Assembly: GCA_964604995.1 (NCBI GenBank)
Contig: CAZSAD010000007.1
Coordinates: 1-51,163 of the forward strand
Source: an uncultured Methanosarcinales archaeon
GTDB taxonomy: Archaea > Nanobdellota > Nanobdellia > Woesearchaeales > JABMPP01
Reading direction: 5' to 3'
DNA: 51,163 bases
Made by a program: the position numbers and the translations under genes. This document shows positions 9,379 through 20,506 of this stretch, one piece after another; the stretch's first letter is position 1, and each line of letters opens with the position of its first letter. The notes under the pieces were generated by a model. The model had not been told where the DNA came from, ran no database searches, and saw only the letters and a program-made list of their open reading frames with translations.

Positions 9379-9915
9379 TCATCCAAATTTTTTAAATTTA
9401 AATGGACTAATCATTAATATGGTGTCTAACAGAACAATCCAAATTAACCAAGCTAATGGCAACAATAAATAAGCAAGAGATATAATCAACGCATTCATGG
9501 TTATTGGCATCCCAATAAAGAATCCTTTATTTTTATCAGATACTACATTAAAATAAGCAACTCTAATTGCACTAGTTAATAAGAAAAATCCAATAATAAT
9601 TAATGACATTGTATCAATAAATCCATTTTGATAAACTAAAACTGCAAGAGCCAATCCAAATGAAATCATATCGGCAAGTAAATCCAATTGCATTCCTAAT
9701 TTGTTTTGCTGTTTGAATAGTCTTGCAATAAATCTACTTAACATACTAAATATTACAGCTACAAACAAAAAAATAAGTGTCAATTTGAAATTTAATTTAA
9801 TGCTTGAAAAAATGCTAAGCATTCCACAAATAAGATTTCCAAGAGTAAAATAATCTGCAAATTTAAGGTCTTTTAACATATGTTTCTCACATTTCTTAGA
9901 AATTCTTTTTATCAC
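9379..9915 (-). CDS. CDP-alcohol phosphatidyltransferase (PssA/archaetidylserine synthase-like), degenerate motif
   Basis: ADYFTLGNLICG, IAR...LGMQLDLLADMISFG, R..YFN, FIGMP. The DxxDG half of the motif reads SMLSR. Confidence 0.8.
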   Translation of the reverse strand: MIKRISKKCEKHMLKDLKFADYFTLGNLICGMLSIFSSIKLNFKLTLIFLFVAVIFSMLSRFIARLFKQQNKLGMQLDLLADMISFGLALAVLVYQNGFIDTMSLIIIGFFLLTSAIRVAYFNVVSDKNKGFFIGMPITMNALIISLAYLLLPLAWLIWIVLLDTILMISPFKFKKFG

Positions 9916-9996
9916 TTAATAAGTTTTACTAATGTAATAATAATTAGGGTAATGATAACTACTAATAAGTAACTAAACATTTATAAATCCCAACTT

Positions 9997-10788
9997 ATGC
10001 CAAGAATCATGTCTGAAGAACAGAAGAATGGTAGTATGGATGATTTAGTTAATAAACTTTATAATAATCAAAATGCTAAACCTTTTGTTAGTACAATTAC
10101 TGCCCCAATTTATGGAGCAAAAGAATATTTCACTGACCCAATTAATGCATTTAAAAATGCAAAAAATCCAAACAAAGGGAATCTTGGACAGATTGCAACA
10201 TCTTATGCCGGAAATATCGCTGGAAGTTTAGCAGGGCTTGCAGCAACAAGGGCAACACAAAACATTACTGCTCATCTTACCGGAACTCAATTATCTCCCT
10301 TACAAAGTTACAATTTTTTTGATTTTAAAGGATTATTTGGTTATGAATATTTAGGTAGCAGCGCAACTCAAAGTTTAGCTCCATTGGGGTACTTTGCAAC
10401 ATCAACTCTTCCTTACATTCTTCCAGTTATGGGTGGAACCTATCTTATGGCAAAAGGAATAAAAAACAAAAGTCCACTTCAAGTTGGTTTAGGTATTGGT
10501 TCAGCAGGCGTTCCATTATTTAGTTTCAAAGATTCTATTTTTGGAATTAAAGCTTTATCATCTTATATTCCAGCATTGTATAAAACAATAGCATCCTCTG
10601 CAGTTTTAAGTTATGGGTTTGGTCTAGCAGCTGCTTTTGCAATGTACTATGCAGGTAAAAGATTAATCAAAGGAACTGTTTCAAAAATTTTAACTGGAAA
10701 AAAACATAATAACAATCCTAGTACTAATCACAAAGAAGAATCGCACGTTCCAGCAAGTATAAATCCAACACTTGCAGGTGCTCATTAA
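9997..10788 (+). CDS. hypothetical Gly/Ala-rich membrane protein (start possibly 10009)
   Basis: Several hydrophobic helices. TTTATAAA box about 20 nt before ATG 10009. Confidence 0.65.
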   Translation: MPRIMSEEQKNGSMDDLVNKLYNNQNAKPFVSTITAPIYGAKEYFTDPINAFKNAKNPNKGNLGQIATSYAGNIAGSLAGLAATRATQNITAHLTGTQLSPLQSYNFFDFKGLFGYEYLGSSATQSLAPLGYFATSTLPYILPVMGGTYLMAKGIKNKSPLQVGLGIGSAGVPLFSFKDSIFGIKALSSYIPALYKTIASSAVLSYGFGLAAAFAMYYAGKRLIKGTVSKILTGKKHNNNPSTNHKEESHVPASINPTLAGAH

Positions 10789-10851
10789 ATTAATAATTTT
10801 TTAATTATTTGATCTTTTTATTTAATCTTAATATTATTTTTTATATTCTTT

Positions 10852-11430
10852 TCAGTTTTTATTTTTTTTATGTTTCTTTCTTTTCCAAATAAATCCAGCT
10901 ATAAATCCAAAGGCAATCCCTGATAAATGTGCAATTGATCCAACATTTGTTGCATCTGGTGCAAGTGACATCAAAAAATCAACAAACACAAAACATATCG
11001 AAGCAAACCACATTCTCATAGGTATATATGCAATCCAAACAACCATTTTTGGACGAATAACAGTTAACATACCAATCACTGCAAAGATGGCACCAGATGC
11101 CCCTAAAGAGGAATTGTAAAATGGTAAACAAAACAAATTGGCAAAAATCCCACCAATAAAAAAAACTAGAAGAAATGTTTTACTTCCAATCCTTTTTTCA
11201 AGTATCAATCCAAATAGGGAAAGTGAAAAAATATTATAAAGTAAATGTACAATTCCACCATGCACAAAAATCGAAGTTACAATAGTCCATGGTCTTGATA
11301 ATATAAAAGAACTATTCAATAAGAAAAAATCAGTAAGACTAGGAAATATTTTTTGCAATGCAAAAATAATAATCATTAAAACTGATAATTTTAATGCGAA
11401 CCAACGAAATTTTTTTGTTTTAGTTTTCAA
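10852..11430 (-). CDS. rhomboid intramembrane serine protease
   Basis: PWTIVTSIFVHGGIVHLLYN, GASGA catalytic Ser, AHLSG catalytic His. Confidence 0.95.
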   Translation of the reverse strand: MKTKTKKFRWFALKLSVLMIIIFALQKIFPSLTDFFLLNSSFILSRPWTIVTSIFVHGGIVHLLYNIFSLSLFGLILEKRIGSKTFLLVFFIGGIFANLFCLPFYNSSLGASGAIFAVIGMLTVIRPKMVVWIAYIPMRMWFASICFVFVDFLMSLAPDATNVGSIAHLSGIAFGFIAGFIWKRKKHKKNKN

Positions 11431-11589
11431 AGTTTTGCCTTTATTTTTTTATTAATACTTCAATAAATACCAATATAATGCTAAACTAAATAAAATTAAT
11501 GTAAAACCCTAATAAAAATTACAATATCAATCAGATAATAAAAATATTAGATAATATAAATAAAAAATATAAATAAATTCAAATTAGAA

Positions 11590-13503
<1,914 letters not shown>

Positions 13504-13838
13504 TTATTTCTTTTTTGCTTTTTTACAAAGTTTGTGCTGCTTAAAACATTTTTACAATATTAAACAGCCCCAATGAAATCGCTTTTAGAAGCTCTTTCTC
13601 GATAATAAAGGATTTGTGCATGTATATAAAGTTTATGGTGTGTACACTAGCATTTCTCGACGGAAAAACAGAATAAAATCGCTTCTCTTTAAATTTTTAG
13701 AATACTAATAAATTCAAAAAATAGAATACAGCTTAAAACTTTAAAGTAATATTTTAGAAGAGCATAAAAAGCATATTATATTCTAACACAACATCTATTA
13801 GAAATAAGGATTATCTAAATAAAAAATATTCTTTGAAT

Positions 13839-13991
13839 TTATTCTGCTAATCTTTGTTCGCATCTAATCCAACCTAGCATAAAAGCTTCTTCTTCAGGTG
13901 TAATTTCATCATTTTCCATTAATTCTTCAACTTCCTCATCATTGTAAAAATCCCTATTCCTAGGTTTTACAACCTCTCTTATTTCATACAT
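13839..13991 (-). CDS. 50-aa acidic small protein (not in ORF track)
   Basis: Strong GGAGGTG SD, then MYEIREVVKPRNRDFYNDEEVEELMENDEITPEEEAFMLGWIRCEQRLAE*. Confidence 0.75.
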   Translation of the reverse strand: MYEIREVVKPRNRDFYNDEEVEELMENDEITPEEEAFMLGWIRCEQRLAE

Positions 13992-14105
13992 TTTTGCACC
14001 TCCTATCATCCAAAAACAAAGAACATGGTCAAACTAGAGTATTTTCCAATTAAAACCATCTATGTTCTAATAAAATTTAAATACTTAAGGTATATATATT
14101 CATGC

Positions 14106-14127
14106 TATATGGTATATATGCCATATA
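14106..14127. promoter_or_regulatory. 22-bp near-perfect palindrome in divergent promoter region
   Basis: TATATGGTATA|TATGCCATATA (one mismatch) between the small acidic gene and the AbrB-PhoU gene. Confidence 0.45.
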
Positions 14128-14237
14128 TTTTGATAAACATTTTTTAGGGGGTTAAAATCTTTTTACTAAAATAGGTTTACTGTAAAAAAGATAATCAAAT
14201 TTCAATCAGATATCAATTTTTAATTAGGTATTAAACA

Positions 14238-15200
14238 ATGGAAACTCGTAAACTAATAAGTTTTGGAAAAAATTCATATATTATTTCTCTTCCAAAAGAA
14301 TGGCTTAAACTAAACAATCTAAAAAAAGGAGATTTAATCTATTTAGATTTTGATAAAACTAATTTAAGACTACTTCCTGCAGAGAAAAAAGAAAAATATG
14401 AATCTAAAAAAATAACTTTAGAAACAACCAATAAAACTCTTTTTAGAATAAAAGATGAAATAATTTCTGCTTATCTTATGAGCTACAATCTAATAGAATT
14501 AATTGGGGACAATATTCCCGATAATATTACTGACATAAAAAGTATAATAAGAGATTTGTCTGGATTAGAAATAATGGAAATCTCATCAAAAAGAGTAGTT
14601 GCACACGATATATTAAATGTTGAAGATGTAAATCTTACTAATATTATTCGTAGAATTGATATGATTGTAAGATCAATGTTAATGGATACTTTTGATGCAA
14701 TTAATACTCGTAAAGGGGATGATATAATTGCAAGGGACTCAGATGTTAATAGGTTAGTTTTTTTAAGTTTTCGCGTTTTGGCAAAAGCAATAGATGAACC
14801 ACAATTTGCAAGAAAATTAAATATTTCAATGAAAGATCTTTTTTTATATAAAAGATTATTAACTGGTCTTGAAAGCATTGCTGATCAAGTTAAAAGAATT
14901 GCAAGAATTGATAAATCAATACATTTAAATGAAAATACCAAAAAAGATTTTAAAATTATATTTGAAAACATTCAACATCTATATTTGGAACTTATGAAAT
15001 CTTTTTACACTCAAAATAGAGACTTAGCATTTTTAATAATTAGTGAGTGTAAAATACGAAACGCTGATTGCGATAAATTTTTAGAAAAAAATCCACATAT
15101 TAATTTTGTACACACTATTTCCTATTTAAAAATATTAAATAGTCAAATCAAACAAATAGGTCAACATTTAACAACTTTAGAAATACCCACCACCAATTAA
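14238..15200 (+). CDS. AbrB-PhoU family regulator (archaeal phosphate-uptake regulator type)
   Basis: RKLISFGKNSYIISLPKEW...LKKGD AbrB N-domain; DSDVNRL, LESIADQ PhoU helices. Confidence 0.9.
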   Translation: METRKLISFGKNSYIISLPKEWLKLNNLKKGDLIYLDFDKTNLRLLPAEKKEKYESKKITLETTNKTLFRIKDEIISAYLMSYNLIELIGDNIPDNITDIKSIIRDLSGLEIMEISSKRVVAHDILNVEDVNLTNIIRRIDMIVRSMLMDTFDAINTRKGDDIIARDSDVNRLVFLSFRVLAKAIDEPQFARKLNISMKDLFLYKRLLTGLESIADQVKRIARIDKSIHLNENTKKDFKIIFENIQHLYLELMKSFYTQNRDLAFLIISECKIRNADCDKFLEKNPHINFVHTISYLKILNSQIKQIGQHLTTLEIPTTN

Positions 15201-15245
15201 ATTTTAGCGATTAATTATTTAATATTCAACTAATTTTGTTAAAAT

Positions 15246-16286
15246 TTATTGATCTAAACTTATCAAAACTTCTTGGTTTCCTTCAATAACTTCGCCTATG
15301 ACATAATGCTCAACTTTCATTTCAGAAAGAACATTGGAAGCTTTTGCAGCTTCTTCTCTTGAAACTATAAACACATAACCTATTCCCATATTAAGTGTTC
15401 TATACATATCTTTTTCAGGAACATTACCTATACGTTTAATTAATGTAAAAATTGCAGGAACTTCCCAACTTGTTTTATCTATTTTCACTGACATATCTGT
15501 TGGAAGAATTCTAGGAATATTTTCAAGTAATCCTCCACCAGTTATATGTGCCATACCTTTTATTTCCACTTCATTTTTAATTAATTGTTCTATTGGTTTT
15601 AAATAACTAGGATGCACTGCCATAAGCGCTTGCACTAATGTTTGACCCTCTAATTCATCTGGCTTATCATCTAATTTATAACCACCAATATCAAAAAAAA
15701 CTTTGTTTGCTAAAGAATATCCATTTGTTTGCAATCCATTTGAAGCAAGGCCAATAATAACATCTCCTTCTTCAATTTTGCTTCCATCAATAATTTTATC
15801 CTTGTCAGCTATACCTACAATAAATCCTGCCAAATCAAAATCAGATGCTTTGTATAAACCAGGCATTTCTGCAGTTTCCCCACCTATTAAAGAACAGTTA
15901 TTTTCTTTGCATGCTTTTGCAAGACCTATTACAATATCTTCAACAACATTTGGTCTCATTTTGCCAAGTGCTATGTAATCTAAAAAATATAAGGGTTTTG
16001 CCCCCATAGCTAATATATCATTCACACAATGATTAACCAAATCTTGACCAATAGTATCAAATTTTTTGCTTTTGATTGCTAATTTAATTTTTGTTCCAAC
16101 ACCATCAGTACTTGAAACCAAAACTGGCTTTTTGTAATCATCATGATCAAAATAATATAATGCTCCAAATGTTCCAATATTTGTTAATACATTCTTAGAA
16201 AAAGTGCTTTTAACAACTTCCTTTAATTTTTTCTTAGCTATATTGCTTTTATTTATATCAACACCAGAATCTTTGTATGTGACCAT
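15246..16286 (-). CDS. purM: phosphoribosylaminoimidazole (AIR) synthetase
   Basis: TYKDSGVDI, DGVGTK, VND, GGETAEMPG, HITGGG, NMGIG. Confidence 0.97.
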   Translation of the reverse strand: MVTYKDSGVDINKSNIAKKKLKEVVKSTFSKNVLTNIGTFGALYYFDHDDYKKPVLVSSTDGVGTKIKLAIKSKKFDTIGQDLVNHCVNDILAMGAKPLYFLDYIALGKMRPNVVEDIVIGLAKACKENNCSLIGGETAEMPGLYKASDFDLAGFIVGIADKDKIIDGSKIEEGDVIIGLASNGLQTNGYSLANKVFFDIGGYKLDDKPDELEGQTLVQALMAVHPSYLKPIEQLIKNEVEIKGMAHITGGGLLENIPRILPTDMSVKIDKTSWEVPAIFTLIKRIGNVPEKDMYRTLNMGIGYVFIVSREEAAKASNVLSEMKVEHYVIGEVIEGNQEVLISLDQ

Positions 16287-16507
16287 ATTATTACGAAAAT
16301 GGAGGTGATTTATATACTTTATTTATTGTTGAATAATACTATGTATAATTCTAATATCAGATTGACTTTTCAATTGAATCTATTTTAGGTTATTTTGCTT
16401 GTTTTACCCCAATCGTAGCGAAAATTATATATACTGTTAATAGCTAAATGTTATTATTATTTACATATTTGGCAAAAAGCCCAAATCAGCAAGCGAGGTG
16501 GACTCAA

Positions 16508-16663
16508 ATGGTGAGTGGCAGATGTATGAAATGCAGGGTAAATGTTGAAATGCAAGATCCTGTTGAATCAGTAACAAAAAACAATATGAGGATTATGAAA
16601 GGCAAATGCCCTAAATGCGGCACAACTGTTTGCCATATGATGGGTAAAGCAATTACTCCTTAA
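16508..16663 (+). CDS. small zinc-ribbon protein (DUF5679-like)
   Basis: GAGGTG SD before ATG 16508; CMKC...KGKCPKCGT. Confidence 0.8.
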   Translation: MVSGRCMKCRVNVEMQDPVESVTKNNMRIMKGKCPKCGTTVCHMMGKAITP

Positions 16664-16849
16664 ACAAGTAAATCTTTAAACCATCTAATTTTAAACAAAG
16701 ATTTTAACAAAGACCTTGAACATTAGGTACTTTGTTATGTATTATTTTATACTTTGTTTGATACATTGCTATTAGTTGAATTGTAGATTATATAATCAAT
16801 TCAGAGTGGAATATATTTAATTAATAAGATAAGGTAGGTGTATGGTTAA

Positions 16850-17047
16850 ATGAGTGTTAAAAAAACAACAAAAAGATTATACCGATCAAAAGATGATAAG
16901 GTAATTGCAGGAGTCTGCGGGGGCATTGGTCAATATTTTGAAATTGACCCGGTTATTATTCGGCTCATTTGGGCAATATTTGCTATAGCAGGAGTTGGAA
17001 TTTTGGCATATATTATTGCATGGATAATAATTCCTAAAGAAAATTAA
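16850..17047 (+). CDS. pspC: PspC domain protein
   Basis: KRLYRSKDDKVIAGVCGGIGQYFEIDPVIIRL...YIIAWIIIP. Confidence 0.93.
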   Translation: MSVKKTTKRLYRSKDDKVIAGVCGGIGQYFEIDPVIIRLIWAIFAIAGVGILAYIIAWIIIPKEN

Positions 17048-17141
17048 ATAATGTTTAGCTAGTAATTTTGACAATATGCCATTTATAATCATTTATATAT
17101 AATTTATGCGCCTTTAGTTTTAATACAATTTATATTTTATA

Positions 17142-18113
17142 GTGATTACCATGAGCTTAACCAAAAGAAAAGTAAATTTATCAAATTCTAGTAGTGGAAA
17201 AAATTTTAAAGCCCCTCTTTCAATTGGTGGTCAAGCTGTAATTGAAGGAGTAATGATAAAATCAGATACTCATCTTGCAGTTGCAGTAAGAAAACCCAAT
17301 AAATCAATTGTAGTTCTAAATGAAAAAGTCAATTCGTTATCTTCCAAATATAAATTTTTAAAATTGCCTTTTTTACGTGGTATGCTAACTTTGTATGAAG
17401 TCCTTATAATTGGGATAAAATCACTTAATTATTCTGCAATTCAAGCAATGAATGAAAAAGACGAAAAAGAAAATCCCAAATCAAAAATCAGCACTTCTCA
17501 ATCAAATTGGGAGATATTCTTCACATTTTTTATTTCATTAGCATTAGCTTTAATAATATTTAAACTATTACCCTTATTATTAACTTACGGACTCGGTAAA
17601 ATATTTACATTTCTTTCATTTGGAATAGCTTTTAATTTATTAGAAGGTTTAATCAAAATTACGATTTTAGTATTATACATTTTACTAATCTCACAACTAA
17701 AAGATGTGAAGACCATCTTCAAATACCATGGTGCAGAGCACAAAGCAATTGCTTGTTATGAAGCAGGGTATAAACTTAATGTAAAAAATGCAAGAAAATT
17801 TTCACCAATACATAGAAGATGTGGAACAACTTTTTTATTTTTAGTAATCTTACTTAGTATTTTATTTTATACTTTTATCCCCACAACTCTTAGTCTTTGG
17901 AATAAATTTCTTTGGAGAATACTTTTGCTTCCAATAATTGCCGGATTTTCATATGAAATTTTAAAACTAGGTGCAAGAATACAAAATAGTGCAGTAATAA
18001 ATTTCTTCGTTTTACCGGGTCTTTGGATACAAAAATTAACAACTGCTCAGCCAAATGACAAGCAATTGGAAGTTGCTATTGCTGCAGTTAAAAGTATCAC
18101 AAAAAATAAATAA
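17142..18113 (+). CDS. DUF1385 family membrane protein
   Basis: IGGQAVIEGVM, YHGAEHK, HRRCGTTF, PGLWIQKLTTAQP. Confidence 0.92.
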   Translation: MITMSLTKRKVNLSNSSSGKNFKAPLSIGGQAVIEGVMIKSDTHLAVAVRKPNKSIVVLNEKVNSLSSKYKFLKLPFLRGMLTLYEVLIIGIKSLNYSAIQAMNEKDEKENPKSKISTSQSNWEIFFTFFISLALALIIFKLLPLLLTYGLGKIFTFLSFGIAFNLLEGLIKITILVLYILLISQLKDVKTIFKYHGAEHKAIACYEAGYKLNVKNARKFSPIHRRCGTTFLFLVILLSILFYTFIPTTLSLWNKFLWRILLLPIIAGFSYEILKLGARIQNSAVINFFVLPGLWIQKLTTAQPNDKQLEVAIAAVKSITKNK

Positions 18114-18222
18114 CCCTTCTGTTTAGTATCTAAACAGCACTTTATTATCCTATTTAACAAATAATTTTAAACTTAACAAATAATTTTAATAAATGGTATA
18201 AAAATACAAAGGGTGGAATTTT

Positions 18223-18450
18223 ATGGTTGAAAAAGTTGTCAAATCAAATGTAATTAAAGAAAAAGGGTATCTTTACTTTGTTGATAGAAATGGAAATGTG
18301 AGTAGGACAAAAATGGCAAGAGGTGGTGGTAGGAAAGGAAGGCAAAAACAAGAAGTTGTGCTAAAAGTTGGTATAAAAAAGCAAGCAAGCTATCTATATT
18401 TTATTGATAAATATGGGGATATTGCAAGAGCAAAAATGATTAGGAAATAA
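18223..18450 (+). CDS. small basic protein with two internal repeats
   Basis: YLYFVDRNGNVSRTKMAR / YLYFIDKYGDIARAKMIR; GGGTGG SD. Confidence 0.8.
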   Translation: MVEKVVKSNVIKEKGYLYFVDRNGNVSRTKMARGGGRKGRQKQEVVLKVGIKKQASYLYFIDKYGDIARAKMIRK

Positions 18451-18470
18451 TAATTAAAAATAAAATTTGG

Positions 18471-18496
18471 ATATGACACTTGAATATGACACTTGA
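18471..18496. repeat. 13-bp tandem direct repeat upstream of folC
   Basis: ATATGACACTTGA x2. Confidence 0.7.
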
Positions 18497-18550
18497 AAAT
18501 AACTAATAAAATGCTTAAAAATAATAAATGTGAAATAAACTTAACTTAAA

Positions 18551-20389
18551 ATGGCAGAAGATAACTTTCAGAATTCGGAAACTATCCAAGATTGGAAATC
18601 TTTATTGGAGAATCTAGAAGAAGATAATTTGAGTGATGAAGAAAAAGAATTAATTTCTCAGGTCAAATTTAGGTTTTCAATGATAGATTATTTAGAAGAT
18701 GATCCAATTTTGATAGCACATATGTATTCTAGAATAAACGAAGCTTTTGTTAAAAAAAACTTAAAAGTTCCAATAAAAATTGCAGATTATATCGAAAAGC
18801 AATTATTGCAACTAAGACATATTTTAAGTGAAAAAATTTTAGAAAAGAAAAAAGAATATGATTATCTTGAACAAAAGTACGAAAAATCAAAGCCCTTAAA
18901 AAAAGAAACTAAAAAATCAATTTGGGACAATGATAATACTGATACTAAAAATTTTGATAATAATAACAGTAATGGTGGTGGTAATGGTAAAGATGGGATA
19001 GAAGCATTGAAAATCCATTTGGCAAATACTTTAAATCCAATTACTCTAAATTCTAATAAAATTTTCTCTTCAAAATTAACATCGGGCAGTGAGCAAAACA
19101 ATAATTATAATACAATCACAAACAACAATCTGGAAAATAATTATATGGACTATGAAGAAGCTCTTGACTTTCTAGAAAAAATTGAGTTGCAAAAAGGCAT
19201 TAAATTAGGTTTAGATAATATGTCAAAAGCTCTTGCAATGTTTGGTAATCCTCAAGAAAATTACAAAATAATTCATGTTACAGGTACAAATGGTAAAGGT
19301 TCAGTTTGTGCAATGATTGATACAATTTTACAATCAGCTAGTTTTAAGGTTGGAAGATACACAAGTCCACATCTTGTTAAATTAAATGAAAGATTTATGA
19401 TAAATAGTAAAGAGATATCCGATTCAAAATTAGCTGAATTAGTAAATAGAATAGCACCTTTTTTGAATAAAGTGGAATTAACTTATTTTGAAATATTAAC
19501 TTTGATTGCTTTCTTATATTTTCAAGATGAAAAAGTAGATTTTGTAGTTTTAGAAGTGGGTATGGGTGGTAGATTAGATGCAACAAATGTAAGTAAACCT
19601 TTAATTGGTATAATCACCAACATTGACTTTGACCATATGCAACATCTAGGTAATACTATAAAAGAAATCGCATTTGAAAAAGCAGGCATTATCAAAGAAG
19701 GAATGTTGATTGTTACAGGTTCAGAAGGTGAAGCATTAGATGTTATAAAAAATACCTGTACAAAAAGAAATGCAAAACTTCTTCCACTATTCAAACACAA
19801 AATCTTTGCAGAAGGTATTACAATTGGACCAACAAAAAAAATTCATGTCGGTCTTAAAGGTGAATTCCAGTTAAAAAATGCAGAAATTGCATATACTGCG
19901 ATAAATGCACTAAAAGCTTACAATATTGAAATTAGTGAAAGGGCAATAAAAATAGGTTTGGCTGATGCAGATTGGCCAGGAAGACTAGATTTTGTTGAAG
20001 ATAATGTTCTTTTAGACTCAGCCCACAATCCTGCAGGCATCAAGGTACTTGTTAAAGAACTAGAAATATATAAAAAAAGATTTGAAAAAATTATTTTAGT
20101 TTTTGGTGCAATGAAAGATAAAGATACACCAGAGATGATTTTAAGATTAATCCCTTTAGCTGAACAAGTTTTTCTAACAAAAGCAAATACTGATAGGGCA
20201 CAAGATCCGGAAATTTTGGGTAATGAAATTGAAAAATATAAACATAAATATGTCTTAACAAAATCAGTAAGAGATGCAATTGAACAAGCAAGAGCAATTG
20301 CAGGACCAAAAGATTTAGTTGTTGTAACTGGAAGCATATATATTGTTGGAGAAGCAATGGCTTATTTTAAAAGTGATAGAAATTTTTGA
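18551..20389 (+). CDS. folC: folylpolyglutamate/dihydrofolate synthase with ~200-aa N-terminal extension
   Basis: IHVTGTNGKGS, YTSPHL, TYFE, EVGMGGRLDATN, EKAGI, WPGR, DSAHNP, TGSIY. The FolC core begins at MDYEEAL. Confidence 0.92.
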   Translation: MAEDNFQNSETIQDWKSLLENLEEDNLSDEEKELISQVKFRFSMIDYLEDDPILIAHMYSRINEAFVKKNLKVPIKIADYIEKQLLQLRHILSEKILEKKKEYDYLEQKYEKSKPLKKETKKSIWDNDNTDTKNFDNNNSNGGGNGKDGIEALKIHLANTLNPITLNSNKIFSSKLTSGSEQNNNYNTITNNNLENNYMDYEEALDFLEKIELQKGIKLGLDNMSKALAMFGNPQENYKIIHVTGTNGKGSVCAMIDTILQSASFKVGRYTSPHLVKLNERFMINSKEISDSKLAELVNRIAPFLNKVELTYFEILTLIAFLYFQDEKVDFVVLEVGMGGRLDATNVSKPLIGIITNIDFDHMQHLGNTIKEIAFEKAGIIKEGMLIVTGSEGEALDVIKNTCTKRNAKLLPLFKHKIFAEGITIGPTKKIHVGLKGEFQLKNAEIAYTAINALKAYNIEISERAIKIGLADADWPGRLDFVEDNVLLDSAHNPAGIKVLVKELEIYKKRFEKIILVFGAMKDKDTPEMILRLIPLAEQVFLTKANTDRAQDPEILGNEIEKYKHKYVLTKSVRDAIEQARAIAGPKDLVVVTGSIYIVGEAMAYFKSDRNF

Positions 20390-20506
20390 TTGAATTAATT
20401 TTTTGTTTTTTCTTGTAATTATTTCAACAATGCTCACCTTTTCATTTTAGAAAGACTTTTATACTTAAGCCGTAATAAAAATTACATAAATATTGGGGGA
20501 TATATA

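Noticed and set aside
16670..16740. Inverted repeats after the zinc-ribbon gene
   Set aside because: AT-rich imperfect hairpins consistent with ordinary terminator-like or chance structure.
18930..19145. AAT-rich tracts (also ~42810-42840) as microsatellite or contingency loci
   Set aside because: Imperfect, in-frame Asn-rich linkers expected from the AT bias; no pure repeat run.
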